A DNA stretch of 63,378 nucleotides. It comes from Syncephalis fuscata S228 (taxonomy: Eukaryota; Fungi; Zoopagomycota). The first letter of the stretch is position 1. Every line of letters starts with the position of its first letter. The stretch spans positions 1 to 63,378 of the forward strand of contig JAHLTZ010000068.1 of assembly GCA_025786725.1 (NCBI GenBank). Reading direction: 5' to 3'. The position numbers and the translations under genes are program-made. Shown here one piece after another: positions 41,687 through 53,204 of the stretch. The notes under the pieces were generated by a model. It saw only the letters and a program-made list of their open reading frames with translations, was not told the DNA's origin and did no database searches.

Positions 41687-43355
41687 ATGACACCTATTAA
41701 ACACCATCGCAAGCTATCATTACTGTCGCCGGAGGCCACAGGGCCAACGACTATCACCGGTAAGTATTGACGTGTTCATTATTCTACACGACGTCTACTG
41801 ACCAGCGTGTATATATATGCATATATGTCTATAGTCTTTGGTGCTTCAGGCGACTTGGCCAAGAAGAAGACGTACCCAGCCTTGTTTGGTCTATATCGCA
41901 ACCAATTCTTGCCCAAGGACACGCAGATCATCGGCTATGCGCGTACGAAAATGGAGCTGGCCGAGTTCCATAAACGCATTACAAGTTATATTAAACTGCC
42001 AGAGTCAGACAAGCCGGATGCCGACGAAGTGCGTGGCCAGCTCGACGCTTTCCTTAAGCGATGCCACTACGTAGTCGGTCAATACGATCGTGACGAAGAC
42101 TTTAACGCGCTGAACCAAGCAATTAAACAGCAAGAGGCCTTCCATGACAAGCCAAATCGTCTTTTCTACATGGCGCTACCACCGTCACAATTCGTTAATG
42201 TGGCTAAGGAAGTCAAGAACCACTGCTACATTGAAGACGGCGTCAATCGACTTATTGTCGAAAAGCCATTTGGGCATGATTTAGAATCATCGCGCGATTT
42301 ACAGCGCCATCTTTCATCGCTATTTACCGAAGAGGAAGTTTATCGTATTGACCATTATCTTGGCAAAGAAATGGTTAAAAATCTATTGACACTTCGTTTT
42401 GCCAATGTTTTCTTTGGCGCTATTTGGTCGCGTCAATATATCAGTAATGTACAGATTACTTTCAAGGAGTCATTTGGCACACAAGGCCGCGGCGGCTACT
42501 TTGACGAATTTGGTATTATCCGTGACGTTATGCAGAACCATTTGCTGCAGATTTTATCGATTGTGGGCATGGAATGTCCAGTCTCGTTGAACTCGGAAGA
42601 TGTACGCGACGAGAAGGTTAAACTACTGCGATTCATTCGTCCGTTAGAGACAGATGATCTGGTACTTGGCCAGTATACGCGTTCGGAGGATGGCAAGGAA
42701 GAAGGCTACCTTGACGATTCAACTGTGCCCAAAGGTTCAAAGACGCCAACATATGCCGTGGCCGTACTTCACATCAATAACGAGCGATGGGATGGCGTGC
42801 CATTTATACTGAAATGCGGTAAAGGTAGGCCGTAATAGTGATTAGTAAAATGGACCTATTTATTAATGTAACATAATAATGATAATAGCACTTGATGAAC
42901 AAAAGACAGAAATTCGTATTCAGTTCCGTGACGTGCCTGGCAATATATTCCCGCATCAAGTAGCACGTAACGAGCTAGTGATGCGTGTTCAGCCAAATGA
43001 GGCCGTTTATATTAAAATGATGAACAAGAAGCCAGGTCTTGCTCTTGACACAATTGTTTCTGAACTTGATCTATCTTATAACAAACGCTATGCGGATATT
43101 AAGATCCCAGATGCGTACGAGTCGTTGATCCTTGACTGTCTACGCGGCGACCACTCTAACTTTGTACGCGACGATGAGTTGGATGCTGCGTGGAAGATTT
43201 TCACACCCGTACTTGCTAAAATTGATGCTGGTGAAATCAAGCCGGTTCCATATGCATATGGATCGCGTGGCCCTGCTGAAGGCGACAAGTTTGTGCGTGA
43301 TATGGGCTATGCTCACCAGGCAAACTACGAGTGGCAGGATAAGGGCAAGCTGTAA
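41687..43355 (+). CDS. ZWF1: Glucose-6-phosphate 1-dehydrogenase
   Basis: VFGASGDLAKKK, EKPFG, RIDHYLGKEMV, GRGGYFDEFGIIRDVMQNHLLQ, RWDGVPFILKCGK and YAYGSRGP. Two introns. Confidence 0.98.
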
Positions 43356-44350
43356 ATAAATATGAGTAGCAGCTTTTAAATATAATAAAGTTGGATTCGG
43401 CTGCTTATTGTTATAATTGATGGTGCTAAATAATTATATTTAATCATATTAATTCTATTAAACATAGAGTTGAGTAGGGGGGAATACTAATAAACAAATT
43501 ATTATTTTTATTGTATACTCTTTATTTATTAAAAATGCCGCAGCGTTGCACTACGAATAACAAACATTACGCGACCAATACACAATGAAGTTTAATAAAT
43601 TTTTACCTAAAGTACTGGATATTGCACGATGAATGTAATGACATGTATAAATATGTCATATTCGTAAATTAAACGCGATATTCAATTTGCAACAATAACT
43701 ACAATGTCAAATTAAACACAGTCCTGTATTAGTCAGTCTATATCCATAATTTAAGAAATAGTATAGTTTACACACTACGATAGATATTTGTAAATAAATA
43801 CAATTTTACTATGTTAATGTTGTTGCTGTATTAATGTCAAGTACTGTTTTGAATGTGTGCAGATTTAAGGATTGAATTTGTCAATGAAAGTAGCAGTAAA
43901 GACGTAGCGATGCGCTATTGCTGTTGCTACAGAACTAATAAACTCCGTTTTGCATTGTACGACTAATCGTTTAATAGTGCTGTAAATACTGGCATATAAA
44001 TTTATATTGCATACATACTGGATCATTAGTATTGTCACCCATTTGTGTAGATCTCACAGAAATTAAAGTAAATGCATGACTTTACACCATCCTAACATTG
44101 ATATATTGGCAAACATATGTTTTAAATTGTCATGTGGATGCACTGCTATCAATTTACATTCCACATTAATGATATGGTTCATACAACACAGTATACTGAT
44201 ATCTCATTATATTTATAAACTTAAATGGCTAATGTAAGATGTGTAATTACCCGGTGTTATCAGCATTACAATCTGCTTTCTGCTAAACAGTTTATACTAT
44301 AAACCTTTACTTTTTATTCCATCTGTTTATTCCAACAGATCATTATTACT

Positions 44351-45186
44351 ATAAAGCTTTCTATTGCCATCATCTGCATCATTATTATACCGTTTATAGC
44401 CACTACAGTCATTGCGAATGCTAAGTCAGTTTCCAATCCGTTGCAATATGTTTCAATCAAAATAGATATTCCAACTGTTATATTCACTAACAATAGATTG
44501 GATTAATGATGCTACTAGATTGTAAGCTTCAATTATGAATTGTTGTTACAATAATTGGTACATCCTCATACATACGATAAATGTAATAAATACGTAAACA
44601 AATGGTAAGTTTGTTATAAACTAATAAAGCAAATATTGTATTTACAATACTAATATGATAAGCTAATATTAATAACAGGCAAGTAGTATTGTATGATGAT
44701 TAGCACTTTAGTTAAATATATTTTATTTATTAAACTAAAAAGAATAAAGTGTAAGCATTATTGTATATTAATCAATTATGCGCTCATTGCATGTAATTTA
44801 TTGTGCATCAGCAACTTGGTAGCAATAGGCTGCAAGTGATGCTGTAGGTTAAGTAGCTATGAGCTAATTACACGAAATGTACTGTGTGTATCGAAATATT
44901 AGTGCTAATATGTGGTGTCACTGTATAATGGTTTGTCAACGGTATTATATGTCAATTAGTTATACACTGATTAGATTATGTGTAATGTGCTTATCAATAA
45001 CTTCATATTTATAGCCGATAACTAGCATCTTATATTGATTGACTATGCGCTAATTGAACGCTTACTATGTACTTCAACAAATTAATACTAACAGAAAATA
45101 GGGGATACTACATACCAATTAACTATACACTTATTAGATAATCTGTACTGTATGTATCAACTGCTTGCTAGTAATAAACGGTAAGT
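44351..45186 (+). pseudogene. Decayed paralog of the micro-exon secreted-peptide gene
   Basis: ATAAAGCTTTCTATTGCCATCATCTGCATC...GCCACTACAGTCATTGCGAATGCT aligns codon for codon with exon 1 at 54468. ATG has become ATA and donor GTATGT has become ATATGT. Introns 1 and 2 are also homologous. 3-nt exon slots recur about every 72-83 bp. Confidence 0.7.
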
Positions 45187-47089
45187 GATATAGTATATCA
45201 ATTAGCTGTATACTAGCTATATACTATGTGTTGCGTGCATCAGCATTTTGCCATTAATAGATGTTAGGTGGCATTTAGTATTGATATTTTATACATTAAC
45301 TATATAGCATGTTTTGTATTTGCTTATAGACATGGAATAGCTAGTACATTCAAGATGTTGGCATTGGCAGTATAATTAAACTACTAGTTCAATATACTTT
45401 AAACATATATTCTGTGGGGAACAAGACCATCCTACAGCCGCTGTTTAATCTATTAATATATCAAGTTTGGCCAATATCCCAATCTAGTCACTTTCTAGTG
45501 AATGGAATCATTATAGTACCAAATATGCACCTAGCTGCAATTATTTAGCTGTGCAAACTTTTAGTGATAAACGCATAATTACATATTGATTACATTTGCT
45601 CAAGCTATTATATCTACGTCTAGATATGTTTATATTCAGCAGTTAGCAACCACTAACCAAGTAAAAACAATAATATTAAATTTGTATAAGCCTTCTGTAT
45701 TGGCCTTAAACATAAATCAACGTGGCTATAACTATGTTGCTAATCAAGGCATGATTTGTATGTAACTATTTTAACAGCACATGCTAGTAATAGAATCTGC
45801 TGTATTTATGTGCAAGTATACCATGAATAGCATGAAAACTATCATAAGCATACAACCAGTGTAACATCATATTGGAATTGCTATAGCAGTTGTTTTAGCT
45901 TTCAAATACTGAACAGTGAGCTTTGTCATCTGTACTACTGTTAAGTAGACTAACAAGTGGAATGAATTTATAACAATAAAATTAACATTTGATTAGCATA
46001 ATATTTCTATTGCATTGCTGTTTATTTACGCACAACATAAATTACACATAGCCTAATTTCGAAATGATGTGCTAATACTAGTTTATCATTTGATGCGGCA
46101 ATGCATATTGTTATAAAGCAAGCAATACGACATTTAATAGTATATTATTTATTAAGCATTGTATAATTAGTACGTTATATTGCTAGATACAATTATATTC
46201 AGTTTAAGCGATTAATAAACTGTGCACTAGTCGATAATAAAGTTAAAAACAACTAAGCATTAACATAAGACAAAAGATGGCAAACAGCACATAAAACAAT
46301 ATACTTGAGAATAAACAACAAATATTGTTAAGAAAATGAACGACGCAAAATCGGTTGATATCATTAATTAATATACAGTATTATAATAGAATGGCAATTA
46401 TAAAAGCTGAACATAAGCTATATTAATGATTTAAGCAGAGTTTAATTAAAAACAAATAGAACAATGCCGCCATATCAATATGAATGATCATATTTGTACA
46501 TACATGGCGCAAACATAGAGCTATTGCATAATAATAACCTTAAGCTACACGACTGAGTTACTGTCAAAAAGATAGAAATTGTAATTTACGTAGAAATAGA
46601 CGCAATAAAAGCAGCTATATACCAAAATACTTGTTACTTTGAATTATTCAAACATACAATAGCAACTGGGATGTATATTTACTGTCTAAAGTATGTCGGT
46701 ATGTAGTATATTATATTTACAATACTAATATATGAATAATACGTCATAATAACAACCAAATAACTATACATGGTTGGACTGTTACTATAACTATTTACAG
46801 CTTAATAATTGTGAGTATATCATTGTAAGCATATGCGCAAGGTATACTGGATAGTTTAAAAGTAAGCGTCACGTTGTATGTATTCCATGTCAATCACATT
46901 ACTTAATGAATAGATAATACATCATTTTAAATTAAGCGATCTTTCTATTGAATTTGCTTACAAGTATATCATTTTGCTCATATTCATCCAGAATTACATA
47001 TTTGTCAATTTATAGCGACGACAGTATTAAAAGTGACATTTTTTAGAACAAATATAAGACCATGATGGTACTGAGCATGCATAAAACAA

Positions 47090-48190
47090 CTGACCAGTTC
47101 GCCGATCTACTATGTAAAGACCCGTTTTGGCTAGCTGTTACTGTGCCTACTGATACAGAAATGCGTACACTTAGTAAGGTAATGCCATAAAATAGTTGGT
47201 TAATTATAATTTTAACACATTGAATACTAAATACTCCGTATACATCCATTGACAGCTGAAGATATTATGACAGAGGACCCACGCGAGAAATGCGAGCTAT
47301 TTTGCAGCTACTATTTTATTTGCTTCCGTTCATTTGACGCTAATCCACATAGCGATACTTATTTGGAACCAGTATCAGTGTTTACAGTAGTAATGCGTGA
47401 AGGTATTATTTTAATCTATCAGCAACCAACACCACATACACGCAATGTATTGCGCCGTATTCGACAACTAACTGATTATGTTACCATATCGCCCGACTGG
47501 ATCAATTATGCACTTATCGACGATATAACTGATGGATTTGCACCACTTATTGGCAATCTGCAACTAGAAGTGGATAGTATTGATGAACTAGTACTGATTC
47601 TAAAGGAATCAGAGCAAAGTGATATGTTGCGTCGAATTGGATATGCTCGAAAGAAGGTAATGACATCAATGCGACTTTTTGGTAGTAAAGCCAATGTGAT
47701 GCGTGGATTAATTAAACGATGCAATGATTGGGCTGGTGATGAAATTGAATTATATCTTGGTGATATTCAAGATATTTATATGTATATTTGATATATGAAT
47801 ATAATAGTAACACTATGACATAGATCATTTAATTGCAATGTTACAGAATGTGGCACATTACGAAAAGATTATTGCTTGTGTACATGGCAATTATTTGGCA
47901 CAGATCGGTATTGAGTTGACACAGTCGTCCAATGCTACCAATGATATTATGTCAAAACTGACAGTTCTTGCTACTATTATAGTGCCAATAAACGTTGTTA
48001 CTGGTAAGTGTAGAATGCATATGTAGTAGCTATTAGTTTAACCAATTTGTTTACAGGTTTATGGGGAATGAATGTGCAAGTACCTGGTCAAGATGCTGAG
48101 GGGCTTGCATGGTTCTTTGGAATCATCGGTGGCATGGTAATATTAGGTATTATCTTATACGTGTATATGCGACGCAATAAAGTTCTTTAA
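47090..48190 (+). pseudogene. CorA-family (ALR1/MNR2-like) Mg2+ transporter, 5'-truncated with damaged splice sites
   Basis: FWLAVTVPTDTEMRTLSK, IHPLTAEDI, REKCELF, PDWINYALIDDITDGFAP, LYLGDIQD, GLWGMNVQVPG. No AG acceptor in front of IHPLTAED. The expected donor at 47772 reads AT, not GT. No N-terminal region found. Confidence 0.75.
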
Positions 48191-49473
48191 TTATACTATA
48201 GACCAAAATATCGAATATTAATTGATTTTATTTTATCAAACTGATATAGCCATTTAAATATTGATTTGTTTTAGTAAAGATATTAAAGCATAGCAATATA
48301 TTGTATCATGAATACCGTGCCACTGTTTATTCTCATTGTGCTACTGTAGATACTTTGACTATATATTAGTAAACATGGCTATTTTAAAATAACTTGTCAT
48401 TTAGCATAATTGTAAATAAATACCGGCTTGCTTTGTTCATCCGCTCATTAGTCTATATGCACTATAGTTTAGTATAACTAATTGCTACTTGAGTTTGTAT
48501 ATTCTTTATACCTTTTATTGTTTTATTGTATAATAAATACGCACTATCCAACAATATTGTTTTCTTAGCTTTAGCATTATTATTAATACAATCCAGTTTA
48601 TTTTGTCTATGTATCTACTTGTGCGAATATCCTTTATAACTTTGACAATGGCAACTGGCATGCCTTATATTGTAAACTTGTCTTGACATATAACGCATAT
48701 CATGTGTTAATTTATACAAATACTTATCTATTTGTTTATAGCTTCACTCATTATAACGTTTAACTTATTTTGTTGATTTGTTTATTGGTTGTCCATATTT
48801 ACTGTGTAGATATTGTAACCGTTTGTTACTTGTAGTAATCAATGATTATTCTTAAGTAATTGACGATTACGCTAGATTATATAATAATAAACTAGATAGC
48901 ACTAGTAATAAAACTAAAAAAATAACACAAATAATTACTAATGTTTATTTAAGATAATAAAAATATGTGCCCTTTTATACTGAAATGAGCCAAGTTTAAA
49001 AGATACTTGTAAAGGAAGAACTTGTTCGTTCCTTCTTTTGGTATTGTATACGGGTATTAGTTTACTTTAAGTAAATTAGTACCCATGTAATATGCTAAAT
49101 ATTAAATAAATTGGCAGGGCCCTTGTAAAGATTTTAAATTATTTACTAATATGTTAGTTAGAGTACTGGACCGCGTGCTGAGTAAAAGCTACACAAATGT
49201 TGTTTGACTAAGTCACGTGACTATATGTCATATTAATTGTGATTACCATATATGGAAATGAGGTATATAAAAATCATGTGATTAAATTATTATATTTAGT
49301 GTTCGTAACAAATTATTTACATTTTTTACATATATTCAGTTTATTGTATATTTTTACGCAACAATAATTACCAACACTATGCCACTTTAAGCAACTTGTC
49401 TGTTTTGCTTGTTCTAACTCGCTTTTTTTAGCCAATCAGCTTCAATGCGCAGTGTGACTGCTATATCTATATT

Positions 49474-50160
49474 CGTTTTTGTACCACCTTCCTAATATGG
49501 AGTATTGCCGTGACTCGGTTTAACATTCAACTCCAGAGCCCGTAGTAATACAGCCACCCATTGGGCCATTTCCGGCTGACCTTGCCATTACTGTGGATAC
49601 GCATTGTTTTGCTTGATCAACACCAAAGCCATTGCTAATTGACAATTGCCGGCTTGTCTAGCAGACGGTTACAATAATTCGATTTGTTAATAATTAGCCT
49701 GGTGCAAAAATAAACATGATTTTGGATAGAGGAAAGATGGGCGATTATAGAAAACATAAAAAGCGGTGTCAAAGCTACAGTGTGTATAGTGGAATGAGTG
49801 GAAGGAGCAAAGTATATTGCCGCGTATAAACAATAAAATGTGTCTAGTGTATCGTAGAATGATACATAGTAGTGTGGGACAGAATGGGAATGATATAGGT
49901 AAATGGTGGATATATGCATACTGGATAACGAATCTATGATGACGAGTATTTGATGACTGATGTCACTCACCACCCATCATCATGTTCAATAGATTGGGCG
50001 TTATTAAATATTAGTCATTTGTCCCCCAAAAAAGCAATAAGTGTGATGATGTGACGATTAAATAAAACTCACCACTTGTCCCCATGTTCAATAGAGTGAA
50101 TGTGCAGTGCAATTGCGCGAATGTTATTAAATTTAGTCATTTGACCCCCAAATCACACTA
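49474..50160. mobile_element. Right part of an inverted-repeat element; near-identical direct duplicate of 51724-52378
   Basis: About 654 bp are the same apart from two visible G/A substitutions and a T-run length difference. Ends ...TAGTCATTTGACCCCCAAATCACACTA. Confidence 0.85.
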
Positions 50161-50210
50161 CATGTAATAATGTAATGATTAAATAAACAATTATAAAAAT
50201 ATATATATTG

Positions 50211-50720
50211 TTATATACCATTATATGACGGTGTAAGACGGCGTAAGACGGTATAAGACGGCGTACCGCTGCGTACCGCTCCGTACCGCGGCGTACCGCT
50301 CCATAAGACGGTGTAAGAAGGTATAAGACGGCGTAAGACGGCGTAAGGCGGTGTAAGGCGGTATAAGACGGTGTAAGACGGTGTAAGGCGGTATAAGACG
50401 GCGTACCGCTCCGTACCGCGGCGTACCGCTCCATAAGACGGTATAAGAAGGCGTAAGACGGCGTAAGACGGTATAAGACGGCGTAAGCGGTGTAAGACGG
50501 TATAAGACGGTATAAGACGGCGTACCGCTGCGTACCGCTCCATACCGCTCCATACCGCTCCGTACCGCTCCATAAGACGGTATAAGCCGGTGTAAGGCGG
50601 TGTAAGGCGGTATAAGAAAGTATATATCACTATACACCACTATACCACTATATATCACTATATACCACTATATACCATATATACCATTATATACCATTAT
50701 ATACCATTATATATCACATT
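50211..50720. repeat. 10-bp-period tandem satellite (G[TC][AG]TAAGACG and [GC]C[GA]TACCGCT units grading into TATATACCAY units)
   Basis: About 40 GC-rich decamers at 50221-50619 followed by about 10 AT-rich decamers. Confidence 0.95.
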
Positions 50721-50752
50721 ATAGCTTTTTTTAACTAAAATCGTTTATTGCT

Positions 50753-52378
50753 TAGTGTGATTTGGGGGTCAAATGACTTTTTTTTGTAACATTCGCGTAG
50801 TTGAACTACATTTTCGTTCTATTGAACATGGGGACAAGTGGTGAGTTTGATTTAATCGTCGCATTATTACATTTATTGTGATTTGGTGGTTAAATGACTA
50901 TTTTTAATAACGCCCGATCTATTGAACATGATGATGGGCGGTGAGTGACATCAATTATCAAATGCTCATTATTGTAGCTTTATTATCCAGTATGCATATA
51001 TCCACCATTTACTTGCATTATTTCCATTCTGTTTATGCTGTACACTTTTATTTTATTAAATGTTGTTGTACATTGTTATACAGTATATTGGCCACACTCT
51101 ATCGGTTGGCGTTGTCCATTCGACTCTAGCTTTATAGTTGAATTGGCCCTTCATTACGCTTTTTCTGCTAATGACCATATTACACAGTCACAGTTGGGCA
51201 TATTGATAAAGTTAACAGTAAATTAACGAATATATATACTGCAAATCCGATTGGTTCTGCGTACTCGCATGACAATTCTGGCTATAATAAACCAATAAAA
51301 TAAAATGTCTAAATATTTATTGTTTTTATTTAGAATTGTATACGCATATCATAGCAATATTGGTCAAATATTGGTGAAAATCGTTAAATATAAATATAAA
51401 TTTGTTTATTTATCGCTATAATTTGTTTATTATGCTAGTTTGTCGATTGGTGTATAGTATACTGGCTGCTGGCTGCCAATCTGGCTTATTCTAGTGCAGT
51501 CATTGCAGTCATTGCAGTGCTTTCAGCTAATGACCACTCAGTATGGTCCTTGCAGGTCCTTACTCGTATATCAGCTGGCGTATTTTGTTTGTTTTACGCC
51601 GCGTATGCATCGATTGCATTGCCCGGGTTGTTTCTGGCTATTGAGCTATGTAGTGGTACGCTTTATTCGTTCTATTTCACTCATATTGGCCTCAATCTAC
51701 ACAGCACGCCACTACATCACTTCCGTTTTTTGTACCACCTTCCTAATATGGAGTATTGCCGTGACTCGGTTTAACATTCAACTCCAGAGCCCGTAGTAAT
51801 ACAGCCACCCATTGGGCCATTTCCGGCTGACCTTGCCATTACTGTGGATACGCATTGTTTTGCTTGATCAACACCAAAGCCATTGCTAATTGACAATTGC
51901 CGGCTTGTCTAGCAGACGGTTACAATAATTCGATTTGTTAATAATTAGCCTGGTGCAAAAATAAACATGATTTTGGATAGAGGAAAGATGGGCGATTATA
52001 GAAAACATAAAAAGCGGTGTCAAAGCTACAGTGTGTATAGTGGAATGAGTGAAAGGAGCAAAGTATATTGCCGCGTATAAACAATAAAATGTGTCTAGTG
52101 TATCGTAGAATAATACATAGTAGTGTGGGACAGAATGGGAATGATATAGGTAAATGGTGGATATATGCATACTGGATAACGAATCTATGATGACGAGTAT
52201 TTGATGACTGATGTCACTCACCACCCATCATCATGTTCAATAGATTGGGCGTTATTAAATATTAGTCATTTGTCCCCCAAAAAAGCAATAAGTGTGATGA
52301 TGTGACGATTAAATAAAACTCACCACTTGTCCCCATGTTCAATAGAGTGAATGTGCAGTGCAATTGCGCGAATGTTAT
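50753..52378. mobile_element. Longest (~1.6 kb) copy of the inverted-repeat element, with ~250-280 bp arms
   Basis: Left arm 50753-51030 is the reverse complement of right arm ~52130-52378. No transposase ORF. Confidence 0.7.
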
Positions 52379-53204
52379 CAAATATATTTATTTAATACCA
52401 GTCACATACATTGTCAATAAACTGTTTAGTATTAATTTAATAGCTGTGACATAAATAAGACAGTTAACTAAATAAACCATTGATACTACTCCTACATCAA
52501 CCAATCTACATATGTCATAAGTAGCCATCTGATAAGTTTATACAATTTAGTCTAGTTTGGCTATTATAAGGCTGACACAGTATCACTAGTAGTTTACCAT
52601 CTTTTTACATTTACGCTGACTTCTGGGTCTTTGCATTGTTTTCGTGCTTTCTTATCTTGCCTATGCTGTTTTTTAATGCACGCCGTTCTTTTTTTTGCGT
52701 TCATCACAAGACAGTATAGAAGAGATTGACAAAATCGATGGCCATCATCAACACATGCTTCAGCATTGATTGCTTGATCAAGTCATTATTCATATTAGCT
52801 ATTAACACGTGTATATCTATGTTAACCATTAATGTGGAATAGTTACGTAAGTATATGATTAATATTTTCTGATTGTTAAATACAAATAAAGCACGAGCAT
52901 AGCTATAATGAGTAATTAAATTAAATTAAATGGAACCATGTTTTATTACTACAATTTTGCATAGTTGAGTAGGAACGGCCAATTGCAAGCTTGTTGATAA
53001 TATGCTGATACCATTGATTAAATAGTGAATAAGCCGAAGCATTGGCTAAAACTTGATGTATAAATAGACTGGACGGCAGTTATCGAATGGCCTTGCTTTT
53101 TGCCCAATATATACCTAAAGTTTGTTGAACTAGCAATTTGATTAGATTACCAATGCTAATGCCTTGAAAGTGTTGGTTATTTTATGTTTATAAGCAGATA
53201 TAAC

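Noticed and set aside
50221-50619. Interstitial telomere repeat
   Set aside because: No TTAGGG-like G-run unit, and the units are heterogeneous. It cannot be fully excluded without seeing chromosome ends.
50153-50658. Three overlapping repetitive ORFs (RLTPSYAVL...)
   Set aside because: They are translations of a 10-bp satellite that lacks stops on the minus strand.
49635-52224. ORFs beginning MVSDISHQIL/MSDINYQ (also at 31380)
   Set aside because: They are read out of the non-coding repeat arm from non-ATG starts, and frames are not conserved among copies.
49474-52378. LTR retrotransposon (direct repeats as LTRs)
   Set aside because: No TG...CA ends, primer-binding site, polypurine tract or gag/pol remnants. 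The repeats are part of the inverted-repeat family.
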